From an archaeon (GTDB taxonomy: Archaea; Nanobdellota; Nanobdellia; Woesearchaeales; GW2011-AR9): 64,000 bases of DNA. Positions 1 to 9,888 of this stretch are shown piece by piece; the first letter of the stretch is position 1, and each line of letters starts with the position of its first letter. The stretch is taken from positions 81,937-145,936 of the forward strand of contig JAHFQW010000001.1 in NCBI GenBank assembly GCA_023259115.1, written 5' to 3'. Made by a program: the position numbers and the translations under genes. The notes beneath the pieces were generated by a model. That model worked only from the letters and a program-made list of their open reading frames with translations, was not told the DNA's origin and made no database searches.

Positions 1-58
1 ATATATAAATTAAAAAATTAAAAAGGATAAATAGAATACATATTATGAGAAAGATATA

Positions 59-3000
59 ATGATGCAAGAACAGATTAGAAAATGTATGGGATTGTTTGTG
101 ATGTTTCTCTTTGTAGTGATGCCTCTGACTTCGGCGAGTGCGATGGCGGTGTCGGTGCAAATTACAAAAAATACAGGGGAAGCGAATGTGCCGGAGGTAA
201 TTGATGCGCAGGGGGATGTGTGGAGAGTTGAGGCGCTCATTACAGGTTTGGGTGCTGCAGAGGGGAGTGGTGGGGGAAATGGTAGTACTATTAATGCGCA
301 GGATGTGCATATGAAAATAGGGGAGAATGAGGAGTCGTTTACGAGTTGTTCTTCGAGCCCACTTGGGATTTTATGCCAATATGCGAGTCCGTTGCAAAAT
401 GGGGTGGCACAGGGAACGTATACGTTTACAGTTTTATATAATATGTTTAAGGATGTGTCAGGGAGTGGGGCTAATCCGAGTGCAACGGGTGTTGTGGCGG
501 CGGATGGGAGTGGGCCGAGTGTGAGTACACCAAGTGTTGTAATGGCGGGTGAGGGAAAAATTCATGTTGATTTTACGGTGAACGATTTGCCAGTTGATAA
601 GAATGCAGGACTTAAATCGGTTGAGATTTTGGATGCGGATAGTGGAGTGGTCTTGTTTAGTGTGAGTTCTTTTGAGAATGGCAAAGATACGTTTTCGTTT
701 GCGAATGATGGGGGGACAAAGGGAATTGTTTCTGTGCCTTGGAAAGATGAGGGACTAAAACGTATTAAAGTGCGGGCAGTGGATAGATTAGGACATGTGA
801 CGGCGAGTCCGCCTGTTGTGTCTTTTATGGTTGATTATGTGAAGCCGGTTATTTTGGATTCAACATTAGAGTTTTCTTCTCTTGGTAAATTTATGGGTTC
901 CGTGATTGTGTCAAGTGACATAAGTATTGATATTAATGAGAAAAATTTGAAGAAGGATAGTGTGATTGCGTATTCGGATCAGGCGGGGTTGAGTGGGCAG
1001 AGTGCGCAGTGTGATGTACTTGCTGGTAAAGAGATATGGCATTGTGTGTGGAAGAAGGTTGAGATAAAACCAGTGGAGAGCATTTCTATTAAGATTGCAG
1101 CAGAAGATGAGTCGGGTAATGTGGTTGAGAAAGTTATTTCAAAGTCGTTTACAAAAGATACGAGTGCACCTGTGGTTACGTTTTTTGGGTTGGAGCAGCA
1201 ATTTGAGGATCGAAGTTATTATCCTGCTACGGGTGGGGAACGCAAATTAGTGTTACAGGTTAAAGAGCAAGGTGCGGGGATGAGTATAGATGGGGTTCGT
1301 GCTAATTTAAAAGCGTTTGGCAGGGGTATAACTGAGATGCCTGAGAATTGTTCTGCGGTGGAAGGAACATTTTCGTGTTATTGGATGGTGAATAAACAGT
1401 TTGGTTCTGATGATGTGGTTCATGTTGGTTTATCAAAGTTTGTGGATGGGGTTGGTAATGAGGGGAAGGCGTCGGATATTGAAATTGTTGTTGATAAGGC
1501 CGTGCCAAAAGTTGTGAAAGCGGAATTTTATGGAGTATCGGATGTTGGGGATAAGGAATATTTTCAGAGTAATGATAAGATTAAGTTGAAGTTAACGATT
1601 GCGGAGGAGAATGGGATTGCGGTATTAGTTAATATGAATGATTTGGTTATGGATGCGCAAAATCAGTTTCCTGTAAATAGTTATACGCAAGGGCTTGCGG
1701 ATGAGGCGGGGTGGCAGTTGTTTACACCAGATTTATGTGTGCGGGATAAAGAGAAGAAGCAGTGGACGTGCGAATTGTTGACAACAAGTTTACGTAGTGG
1801 TCCTGATTCAGATGTGGCGTTTGATGTTTTGGTGGTGGATACGGCGGGGAATGTGGCAACGTGGGATGTTGCGCCTAAACATGTTAAAACGGGTTCAAAA
1901 GGAAAAGGTAATTTTAAGATTGATTTGTTAGGGGTGAGTTCAGAGAGTACGCCGGATTATTGGGAGGTTAGTTCTGTGAAAGCGCAAGGAGGAGATAGTG
2001 CGTTTATTGATTTAGATACGACTTCACTTACGTATACACGTTTGCCCTTTGAGGTGGATTTATCACATAAATTGGGGTCAGCTAAAGCGTTGAATATGGA
2101 GATGATTGGTTGTGAACCAAAAGGAGGAGCAGGGGGATTAGCGTTTAATGCAAATAAAACAACGGTTGCGAGTCCTACCGTGAGTCGCGCACTGCTGTAT
2201 GGGGGAAAGAGTGCTATAGGGGTTGATAATCCAAAACCAATAGTTGTGTTGGAATTTGAACCTTTTGATGGGAGGAAAATGTTTAGTTTGCCGTCTGAGG
2301 GTGAATTTGAGAAGAAGTTAGTTGAGTATGAGTGTTCGATTAAGATATATTCGGCGGTGGGTAGTTCGGCGTTGAAATCGGCAGAGATTCAAAAGGTTAG
2401 TGTGAAAGTGCCGTTTGCGTTTTCAACATTGGGCGCGAATGATGAGAATTTAGATGCGTTGGTGAAACAGGCAAAAGAGGATGTGAATTCGGGTGTGCTG
2501 CAGATTGGGAGATTACAGAAGTATATGAAATGGATTGATTATGGGGTGCAGACGGTGATGTTGGTTAAAGGAGTAGAACAGTTATATAGTAATGCACGTT
2601 CGGTATTAGAAGCTCCAACTCAATGGCCACCATCAAAAGCAGGTTCTATTACTGCTTGTTTTGGATTTACTAGCGCTGAAGCTTCAACAGAAAAAGGTAT
2701 ATCTTATTTGGATCAAATTCTCCAAGTATTAACTTGTCGAGGAACGGAGGCTGGCTTGGGATGGTATGGGGCTTGGCAGGAGACGATTTTGAAGTTATAT
2801 AATGTTGAGATGTTACGAGCACCGGATCCGGGACGGCCAAGTTTTGGGGCACCGGCGCGTGATATTAAAGAGAATTTGTATTTATCAATGGCGGGGTTAT
2901 GTGTTCCGGGGATTATTAAGAATGTGGATAAGTATAGGCAGATTAAATGTCGGAAGGTGTATTGTTTACAAAATGAAGTGAAAGCGGGAAGCGCAACGGT

Positions 3001-3331
3001 TGCGATGTGTGATGAATTGGATGGTTTACTTACATGCAAGTATTTCTTTGGGGAGTTGTGGTATATTTTACCGTTCTCACAATTCTATGATAAAACGATA
3101 AAAGCGTTATGGGATGTGTTTCGTGGACCAATTGAAATTATTCGTAATGCAAATATTGTTGGGTGTGGATTATTATGTGCATATAGTCCTTCGGGTGCTA
3201 CTTTCTGTTCTTATACTACTTATTTTTGGCAAGTTATAGATTACATTGAGAGCATGGTTGGGTTTATTACGACAGTGAAAAATGATATACAAGCAGGCGG
3301 GCTACAGTATTGTGATTCGGTGGGGTTGTAG
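59..3331 (+). CDS. Giant secreted/surface protein (1090 aa) with N-terminal signal peptide and Cys-rich C-terminal region
   Basis: Long uninterrupted ORF. N-terminus MGLFVMFLFVVMPLTSASA is a signal-peptide-like hydrophobic stretch. C-terminal ~250 aa is rich in Cys. No recognisable catalytic motif. Confidence 0.5.
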   Translation: MMQEQIRKCMGLFVMFLFVVMPLTSASAMAVSVQITKNTGEANVPEVIDAQGDVWRVEALITGLGAAEGSGGGNGSTINAQDVHMKIGENEESFTSCSSSPLGILCQYASPLQNGVAQGTYTFTVLYNMFKDVSGSGANPSATGVVAADGSGPSVSTPSVVMAGEGKIHVDFTVNDLPVDKNAGLKSVEILDADSGVVLFSVSSFENGKDTFSFANDGGTKGIVSVPWKDEGLKRIKVRAVDRLGHVTASPPVVSFMVDYVKPVILDSTLEFSSLGKFMGSVIVSSDISIDINEKNLKKDSVIAYSDQAGLSGQSAQCDVLAGKEIWHCVWKKVEIKPVESISIKIAAEDESGNVVEKVISKSFTKDTSAPVVTFFGLEQQFEDRSYYPATGGERKLVLQVKEQGAGMSIDGVRANLKAFGRGITEMPENCSAVEGTFSCYWMVNKQFGSDDVVHVGLSKFVDGVGNEGKASDIEIVVDKAVPKVVKAEFYGVSDVGDKEYFQSNDKIKLKLTIAEENGIAVLVNMNDLVMDAQNQFPVNSYTQGLADEAGWQLFTPDLCVRDKEKKQWTCELLTTSLRSGPDSDVAFDVLVVDTAGNVATWDVAPKHVKTGSKGKGNFKIDLLGVSSESTPDYWEVSSVKAQGGDSAFIDLDTTSLTYTRLPFEVDLSHKLGSAKALNMEMIGCEPKGGAGGLAFNANKTTVASPTVSRALLYGGKSAIGVDNPKPIVVLEFEPFDGRKMFSLPSEGEFEKKLVEYECSIKIYSAVGSSALKSAEIQKVSVKVPFAFSTLGANDENLDALVKQAKEDVNSGVLQIGRLQKYMKWIDYGVQTVMLVKGVEQLYSNARSVLEAPTQWPPSKAGSITACFGFTSAEASTEKGISYLDQILQVLTCRGTEAGLGWYGAWQETILKLYNVEMLRAPDPGRPSFGAPARDIKENLYLSMAGLCVPGIIKNVDKYRQIKCRKVYCLQNEVKAGSATVAMCDELDGLLTCKYFFGELWYILPFSQFYDKTIKALWDVFRGPIEIIRNANIVGCGLLCAYSPSGATFCSYTTYFWQVIDYIESMVGFITTVKNDIQAGGLQYCDSVGL

Positions 3332-4167
3332 TGGAATTTGGTGGGTTAAAGAAAATGATTGAAAAAGTTGCGAAACATAAGCAGTATGATGGACTTATTA
3401 AAGAAGTTGGTGTTTTGTTAGAGGAAGCACGAAAAAATGTGTATTATCAGGTTAACCAGATTCTTGTTAAAACGTATTGGGAGATTGGGAAGAGAATTGT
3501 GCAGTTTGAACAGCAGGGCAATAAAAAAGCTGAATATGGAGACAAAATTTTAGATACGTTGGCCGTTGATTTAAAATTAAATTATGGGAAAGGTTTTAGT
3601 AGAAGCAATGTTTATTCGATGCGTTTGTTTTATCTTAAGTATACAAAAATCCAGACAGTGTCTGGAAAATTAAGTTGGTCACATTATTGTGAACTTCTCA
3701 GTGTGTCTGATGATTTAGCTCGGGGTTTTTATGAAAAACAATGTTTAATGGAGAATTGGAGTATAAGAGAGTTGAATCGTCAGATTAATTCTATGCTTTT
3801 TGAGAGAATTGCTTTGAGCAAGGATAAGAAAGAAGTTTTAAAGCTTTCTTATAAAGGGCAAGTTATAGAATCGGAGTATGATATCATTAAAGATCCTTAT
3901 GTTCTTGAATTTCTCAAGATTCCTGAAAATTCTAAGTATAGCGAAAAAGAACTCGAACAAAAGATTATTGATAATTTACAGTTATTTTTATTAGAGTTAG
4001 GAAAAGGTTTTACGTTTGTGGCACGGCAATTTAGACTGACTTTGAATAATAGTCATTATTATGTTGATTTGGTTTTTTATCATCGAATTTTGCGTTGGGT
4101 GGTATTTCCAATAAATTGTTTGTTTCACGATATAAGTTGTATTTGCCTTCCAAAGAGGAGTTGGTGA
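3331..4167 (+). pseudogene. DUF1016/YhcG-like PD-(D/E)XK nuclease family protein, C-terminal catalytic core apparently disrupted
   Basis: N-terminal region (KTYWEIGKRIVQFEQQGNKKAEYGDKIL...GKGFSRSNVYSMRLFY...LSWSHYCELL) matches the YhcG/DUF1016 N-terminal domain pattern. After YVDLVFYHRIL the expected E-x-K core is missing. A YhcG-like C-terminal tail (LYLPSKEELVREIQKLI) is readable in another frame at ~4125-4190, suggesting a deletion or frameshift. Confidence 0.45.
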
Positions 4168-4213
4168 GGGAAATACAGAAACTGATTTAAATGCTTGGAT
4201 ATTACTAGAGATT

Positions 4214-4399
4214 ATGATGAAAAAAGAGGGGATGATTGGAGTTGTACTTTTGGTGTTTCTTAGTGTTAGTTTTGTGTCTGCAGCGGAGGATTCGTGTTTG
4301 GGATTTTTTGGCAGGGTTTCTTGTATTCTGTGGGGGGATCCTAGTGTACGTGCGAATATAGCAGGGGAGGCGATGAGGAATGTGGTGAATGTAAGATGA
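4214..4399 (+). CDS. 61-aa N-terminal fragment paralogous to the 5' end of the 5048..9022 giant protein (signal peptide plus AAEDSCLGFFGRVSCILWGDPS motif)
   Basis: About 90 nt (4283-4372) is near-identical to 5120-5209. The encoded peptide MMKKEGMIGVVLLVFLSVSFVSAAEDSCLGFFGRVSCILWGDPSVRANIAGEA matches the N-terminus of the downstream giant protein. Its stop overlaps the next start (ATGA). Confidence 0.4.
   Translation: MMKKEGMIGVVLLVFLSVSFVSAAEDSCLGFFGRVSCILWGDPSVRANIAGEAMRNVVNVR
4283..4372 (+). repeat. 90-nt direct repeat (copy 1) of the signal-peptide/AAEDSCLGFFGRVSCILWGDPS cassette
   Basis: Differs at 2 positions from 5120-5209. Confidence 0.7.
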
Positions 4400-4905
4400 A
4401 ACGGTTGTTACTTGATACGAATATTTATGGGGAGATGGTTGTTGATGATACTCTTACTATTTTGATTGATACATATGAACAAAAAAAAGATTTGATGGTG
4501 TATGGCTTTACGGTTGTACGTAAAGAGTTACGAGATACTCCACCTCTTAAAAAAATGTTGGGTCGTAATTTACGGGTTGCTTTACTTTCTCTTTATGATC
4601 CAATTGTTAAAGATCACTTATTGATTGTTGATGAGAAAGCATTACAACTCATCGCTGAAGAATATTTTAAACAGTATAAACAATTGGGTGGTGCAAAGTC
4701 TTTTCGTGTGTTAGAGAAAGATTACTTGGTTGTTGCCTGTGGTTCACAGAAAGGGATGGATATTGTTGTGAGTAATGATGATGCATCTATGCTCTCCGAG
4801 TTATCACTGAGAGCGTATGCATTGGTTAATGAGCGGTTGAAATTAAGAAGTCCTGATTTTTTAGATTATAATCAATTTAAAAGTTTGGTTTTTGAGGGGG
4901 TATGA
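4396..4905 (+). CDS. PIN-domain protein (VapC-like nuclease fold)
   Basis: N-terminal LLLDTNIY (first conserved Asp), a mid-region acidic residue and a C-terminal D-x-VV-S-NDD block fit the PIN acidic-residue layout. Translationally coupled to the upstream fragment ORF. Confidence 0.45.
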   Translation: MKRLLLDTNIYGEMVVDDTLTILIDTYEQKKDLMVYGFTVVRKELRDTPPLKKMLGRNLRVALLSLYDPIVKDHLLIVDEKALQLIAEEYFKQYKQLGGAKSFRVLEKDYLVVACGSQKGMDIVVSNDDASMLSELSLRAYALVNERLKLRSPDFLDYNQFKSLVFEGV

Positions 4906-5047
4906 CCGGTATGCATACGGATAAATTGGTAGGCGGCACGAATGAATTCAGGGTCTTTTTGCCATTCTTTGATTTGTGTCGTTATATCTTTCTTTTGTTT
5001 CATGATACTATTAAAGAAAAGCTTATATATAAAGATTTCGTGCTAGA

Positions 5048-8000
5048 ATGATGATGTCAATACAGAGGGTGATAGGACTGGGTTTTATGTTTCTTATACT
5101 TTTGAGTGTATTTGTTGCGGCGGAGGATTCGTGTTTGGGATTTTTTGGCAGGGTTTCTTGTATTCTGTGGGGTGATCCTAGTCTACGTGCGAATATAGCA
5201 GGGGAGGCGTTTGGAAGTGCTGGGAATTTGGTGGGAGGGGCGTATGGCTCTTGCAATGACTTATCTAATTCTAATCTTAAATCTTTTTGTAAAACACAAG
5301 ATGACACACCAAAAACACATCTTCTTTATTTAGCAGATATGTATGGTGAGAACGTTGCTAAAGGAATATATGATAAAGAGAATAATGGGGGAAATGTTTT
5401 TTTTAAAGATAAAAAGGGTGATTATTATTATATGGATTCTTCTGGTCATTCGTCCAAACAAGGTTTCTCTAATAATCAAGAACAGGCTTATAATGATTTA
5501 AAAGGAGGAGTTATAGACCAGACTCAATTTAATCAAAAAGTGGGACAATTACAACTTAAAGCTGATATTAATAAGATTTATGATTCTAGTGATGTACCTT
5601 CACAATTTAGAAAGTCAGGATCTACATTAGGTGCTCAAGCAGATGCCGAAAAGTGGAAAAAAGTTACAGAGAGTGATGTTCCTTCTGAACAAAGAGAGAA
5701 TCTTTATAAAAAAGGGAAAGTTGAAACAGATATTCAAAGTAGTGGTGAAAAGCATTATATCTCTGAATTTGAAATAAAAGGAAATTCAGTTGTTAAAACT
5801 GATAAGTATGCATCTGCCTTTGGTTTTAAGACTGATCAAGCTTTTGTTGAATTTGCAGATAAAGTAAAAAGTGTGCCTGGTTCATATAAAGACTTAGCGG
5901 TTCAATATATTATATGGAAAGATGCAAATAATGATGGAAAAACTCAAATTGATGTTGATTCCTGGTTAAAATCTCGAGAGCCAAAACCAGCAGCACCTAG
6001 CGTGTCTCCTGCGCCAATAGCTGCTTCTGGTAGTGATCCTCAAAAAATATTAGATGCTAGCAAGCCTGAAGGGGCTAGTTTCGTTGAGACGGATTCTCAG
6101 AAACATATAGGATATTATGTGAAAGGGGAAGAGGTTTATGCAGTAGTGGGTGGAAAATGGGTAAAGACTGATTCACTGGTATATCAAAATGGAAATGTTA
6201 TTTCTGCAGCATCTGCAGCAAAATCTCAGGAAGGTTCTGGAAAAGTTGCGGTGTCTCAAGGAGAAACTAATGTTAAAAAAACTGTAGTGAAAGGTATTAC
6301 TGGAAAAAAGGTAAAAAGTAAGCCAGCAGCTAAAAAGGAGGACAAGATTGAAGAGACTACAACAGAGTCTGCTATTCCAATAAAAGAGTCAACTGGGTTT
6401 ACTCATAATGAAAAAGGGGAAGTACTTAAAGATGGTACTAAAGTCGAAGGGGTTATTTATGATGCTAAATCAGATTCTTATAGAGTAACAACAGGTTATA
6501 TTTGGAAATTTAATAGTGATGATAATCTAGATGTTCAAAGAGAGCCGAAAGGGGATTATGTGATTATTGAAGATAAAAGTAACAAATTAGTGGTGTTTCA
6601 AAAGCAATCTGATAATAGTGGTTATAAACTATATGAAGATGGTAATGCGAAAGGGAATGTTGTTTCTGATATAAATAAGCAAGTCCATGATGCAATTGTT
6701 GCAGGAACATACGTGAGTGCGGGGAATAACGAGAAGATAGTTGATACACAACGTGAGGTTGTTCTTAAAGAATATGTTGGTGATGAGTTGTCTAAAAAGT
6801 ATGGTAAGTCCATTGATTGGGATAAAAGGAATGGTGAGCTTGTAAGCTCTGAGGGTGATCAAGTTTTTGAGCTGAAAACTATTAATGGAAAAATAGTTGT
6901 AGATTCTAAATTAAATAGCATGAATGAAGTGAAGGTTACTATAAAAGATGCTAAAGGAGAGGATGATAAGAGTAAGTCATCTATTGTGATTGTTCAGAGT
7001 GGCACAACGGTTTTGAGTGCGTCTTTGGCTGATAAAGAGAAAGGGTTGGCGCAGGTAGAAGGATTTAAAGGTGGGGTGTTTGTGGGAAAAGATAATTTTG
7101 ATGACAAAGTTAAAGATGTAACTGATGGAAAAGCGGTTACTGTTTTTGATTCAGAAGAAGCAATGAAAGCTAATAAGCCGCGAGGGGATTTTAAAGCAGA
7201 TGAGAAACAACGGGTTGCTACGGATTATATTGATGAATCACAATTTGTGGTTAAGAAAAATGGCGAGATAACGAAGTTGACTGGGGATTATTATAAGAAA
7301 GGGGAGACGGGCTTTTTGGGGAGTAGTGATAAGAAGTGTAATGATGATAATGGTTGTTTCAAACCAAGCAAGGGAGAGATTTATGAGAAGGTGACAGTTA
7401 AGGATGATAAAGGAAAAGAGGTTCAAGTTGATAAGTTAAAGTATTTGGCGGATTATGATACGGAAGGATTAGGGGCGGGGCAGAAGTTGGAGAGAGTGGA
7501 GTTGTATGATCCAAAAACGGGGAGGTATGTGGGGGCAGAGGATAGAGATGTGAGTGGTAATTTAAAATGGAGAGTTGTAAATAATCAAAAAGGCTATGTT
7601 TATGTAACAAATGATAAAGGACAAACTTCTTCTTTGTTAGAAGAAAATGATGATCAAGGCATAAAAGATTGGTTAAATAATGGAAGAAATACTGTTAAAA
7701 GTGTTGGGCAATTAGAAGTAGAATTAGGTAGTGATAGTCCTAAGTTAAAATCTATAGGTGATAGTTTTATTGTTAAAGTAAGTGAAGGAACATTACAGAC
7801 TCAAGTTGATTATAGTTACAATGGGAAACCTGTTAGTTGTGAGAAAGGAAATTGTTATTATGTTACCTATGAAGCTAATCCTACCTTTGATAGAACTAAA
7901 CCTACGGCTAGTGACACTCATATTATTGTAAGAGGAGAACAATTATCTTCAAATGAGGTAGCTAATGTTGTAGCTCGTAGCGGGGATAAAGCTAATGAGC

Positions 8001-9022
8001 TGGATAGAGCGTTGCATCCTGATGCTAAAGAATCTTCTTTAAATGAAGAAGATGTGAAAAAAGCTCAAGAAGTTGCAACTGATAGTTCTGGTGCTACTAA
8101 TTTAAAAAATGCACAAAAATCTTTAGAATCTATCTATGCTATAGAGAATTCTATTAAATCGTATCCGGCGTTGAGTCAGTTGATTTTTGGAAGTAATGGA
8201 ACTGTTGCTAATTGGAGAAATAATGCGGATAGAACGTTTGCGCCGATGCTGGGTACGAATTGGTTTCCCTCTGCTATTTGTGAAGGACATTATGATATTC
8301 AACCTGCGGGGTCTGCGGTGATTAAAACAAGTACGGGGACGTATCAGGCGGTGGCGCATGTGGAGGGGGAGATTTCTGATACGAAAACGCCGTTGTTGTG
8401 TTATAGGAATCCTGATAAGGAAGCCAAAGAGAAGTTTGTGTGTGATAGTGGAGAAGTGTGTGGTAGTGATGAGTTGTGTTATGCGGATACGAATGAGGAT
8501 GGGGAAGCGGATTCAGATAAACCACTGCAAGGCTTTTTCTATAAAATTACATGGTCGGTGACAGCACCACGAGATGAGAAGTTGACGCCGTTTATTGATG
8601 AGAATGGGGTAGCGGTGAAGTTTAATGTGGGGGTGGATGAAGTTGCGGATGGTGAGGTAGCATCGGGTGCGGCATTCAAACCATTCTATTCGATTAATGG
8701 GAATACGATTGGACCAATTGAGTTGAAGAATGGGCAATCAGATAAAGATGTGGTGACGCATTATTCGGATAAAGAGTTTAAAGAAGTGTGTATCAAATGG
8801 GCGGCAGCACCGTTGACTGTGCCAACTCCGGGAATTGCTGCGGTGGGATCATTTGGGTTATCTTCTGTTGGGGGTCTTACTAATTCAGTTGAGACAGTCC
8901 CTAACGTCTGTTTTACGTTGACAAAGTCGTCTGTGGGTAAAGTTTCTTGGGAACAGTCAGGCAAGAGCGAGGGGACAACATCTACAGTTTCAAATGGACG
9001 TGTGGCGAGGACGAGTTGGTAG
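5048..9022 (+). CDS. Giant secreted protein (1324 aa), Lys/Asp/Gly-rich low-complexity N-terminal half and Cys-containing C-terminal region
   Basis: Signal-peptide-like N-terminus (GLGFMFLILLSVFVAAEDSCLGFF...). Long uninterrupted ORF with compositionally biased (K, D, G, E) sequence. Shares its 5' cassette with the 4214..4399 ORF. Confidence 0.5.
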   Translation: MMMSIQRVIGLGFMFLILLSVFVAAEDSCLGFFGRVSCILWGDPSLRANIAGEAFGSAGNLVGGAYGSCNDLSNSNLKSFCKTQDDTPKTHLLYLADMYGENVAKGIYDKENNGGNVFFKDKKGDYYYMDSSGHSSKQGFSNNQEQAYNDLKGGVIDQTQFNQKVGQLQLKADINKIYDSSDVPSQFRKSGSTLGAQADAEKWKKVTESDVPSEQRENLYKKGKVETDIQSSGEKHYISEFEIKGNSVVKTDKYASAFGFKTDQAFVEFADKVKSVPGSYKDLAVQYIIWKDANNDGKTQIDVDSWLKSREPKPAAPSVSPAPIAASGSDPQKILDASKPEGASFVETDSQKHIGYYVKGEEVYAVVGGKWVKTDSLVYQNGNVISAASAAKSQEGSGKVAVSQGETNVKKTVVKGITGKKVKSKPAAKKEDKIEETTTESAIPIKESTGFTHNEKGEVLKDGTKVEGVIYDAKSDSYRVTTGYIWKFNSDDNLDVQREPKGDYVIIEDKSNKLVVFQKQSDNSGYKLYEDGNAKGNVVSDINKQVHDAIVAGTYVSAGNNEKIVDTQREVVLKEYVGDELSKKYGKSIDWDKRNGELVSSEGDQVFELKTINGKIVVDSKLNSMNEVKVTIKDAKGEDDKSKSSIVIVQSGTTVLSASLADKEKGLAQVEGFKGGVFVGKDNFDDKVKDVTDGKAVTVFDSEEAMKANKPRGDFKADEKQRVATDYIDESQFVVKKNGEITKLTGDYYKKGETGFLGSSDKKCNDDNGCFKPSKGEIYEKVTVKDDKGKEVQVDKLKYLADYDTEGLGAGQKLERVELYDPKTGRYVGAEDRDVSGNLKWRVVNNQKGYVYVTNDKGQTSSLLEENDDQGIKDWLNNGRNTVKSVGQLEVELGSDSPKLKSIGDSFIVKVSEGTLQTQVDYSYNGKPVSCEKGNCYYVTYEANPTFDRTKPTASDTHIIVRGEQLSSNEVANVVARSGDKANELDRALHPDAKESSLNEEDVKKAQEVATDSSGATNLKNAQKSLESIYAIENSIKSYPALSQLIFGSNGTVANWRNNADRTFAPMLGTNWFPSAICEGHYDIQPAGSAVIKTSTGTYQAVAHVEGEISDTKTPLLCYRNPDKEAKEKFVCDSGEVCGSDELCYADTNEDGEADSDKPLQGFFYKITWSVTAPRDEKLTPFIDENGVAVKFNVGVDEVADGEVASGAAFKPFYSINGNTIGPIELKNGQSDKDVVTHYSDKEFKEVCIKWAAAPLTVPTPGIAAVGSFGLSSVGGLTNSVETVPNVCFTLTKSSVGKVSWEQSGKSEGTTSTVSNGRVARTSW
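5120..5209 (+). repeat. 90-nt direct repeat (copy 2) at the 5' end of the 1324-aa giant protein gene
   Basis: Differs at 2 positions from 4283-4372. Confidence 0.7.
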
Positions 9023-9057
9023 AAATGTTTATATAACTTATAGATATTCAGAGTGAT

Positions 9058-9447
9058 ATGGATATACAGAAAATCGTACAAAAAATATTAAAATTGGATA
9101 CAAAGAAAAAAGTGAAGTTCATAGTTCTTTTTGGGAGTGTGGCGAGAGGAGAGCATACCCCCCTTTCTGATATTGATTTTGCGGTGTATTATGATGGAAA
9201 AGTAGATGAACGATTTCGATTTCGTATCAAATTATTGGGTTTATTGCCAGATAGAGCTGATGTTCAGATGTTTCAAGATTTACCGTTGGCAGTACAAAAA
9301 GAGGTTATCAAAGGAAAAGTAGTATATTCAAATAATTTTCAGTTTGTGTTTGACTCGTTTATGAACGTTATCAAAGAGTTTAGTACGTTTGAAAAGTATT
9401 ATAATCGCGCTTTGGAAGAATTACGTAAAGAAGTGGGTGTGGTATGA
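9058..9447 (+). CDS. Minimal nucleotidyltransferase (MNT, antitoxin-type, Pol-beta superfamily)
   Basis: Motif LFGSVARGEHTPLSDIDFAV, i.e. GS-x9-13-D-x-D of Pol-beta-type NTases. 4-nt overlap with the downstream HEPN gene. Confidence 0.75.
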   Translation: MDIQKIVQKILKLDTKKKVKFIVLFGSVARGEHTPLSDIDFAVYYDGKVDERFRFRIKLLGLLPDRADVQMFQDLPLAVQKEVIKGKVVYSNNFQFVFDSFMNVIKEFSTFEKYYNRALEELRKEVGVV

Positions 9448-9866
9448 ATTTTAAAGATCGTATTATTTTGAAACTGCAAGAGATGAATAGGTACTTGCGT
9501 GATTTGGAAGAACTGCTGCCAGAGGATAAGAAAATTTATCTTATGAATCTCATGCAGCGAAGAGCATGTGAGAAGACAATAGAATTGGCAATTGAGGCGG
9601 TTATTGATATTGTGGCAATGATTGTTTCATATGAGAAATTAGGTGTGCCTGAGAGTGAGGATGATTTGATTAATTTCTTAGCAAAGAAAACGATTTTAAC
9701 ACAAAGAGTAAGAAACACCATACCTAAAATGAAAGGGTTTCGTAATATTTTAGTGCATAAATATGGCGAAATTGATAATGGTTTAGTTTATATGTTTTTA
9801 TCGGAGAAATTGGATGATTTTTATGAATTTGAAAAAGAGATTAAACGATATTTACAAAGAAACTAA
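9444..9866 (+). CDS. HEPN-domain protein (DUF86/HepT-like toxin)
   Basis: R-x4-H motif (FRNILVHKY) near the C-terminus. Paired with the upstream MNT in the classic MNT-HEPN operon arrangement. Confidence 0.7.
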   Translation: MNFKDRIILKLQEMNRYLRDLEELLPEDKKIYLMNLMQRRACEKTIELAIEAVIDIVAMIVSYEKLGVPESEDDLINFLAKKTILTQRVRNTIPKMKGFRNILVHKYGEIDNGLVYMFLSEKLDDFYEFEKEIKRYLQRN

Positions 9867-9888
9867 CATAAATAAGGTGAAAAATATA

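Noticed and set aside
9814-9888. Upstream part of ORF 9814..10221 overlapping the HEPN gene
   Set aside because: An internal ATG at 9889 with a GGTGA ribosome-binding site gives a non-overlapping 110-aa protein starting exactly at the zinc-ribbon. The longer form is probably an ORF-caller artefact.
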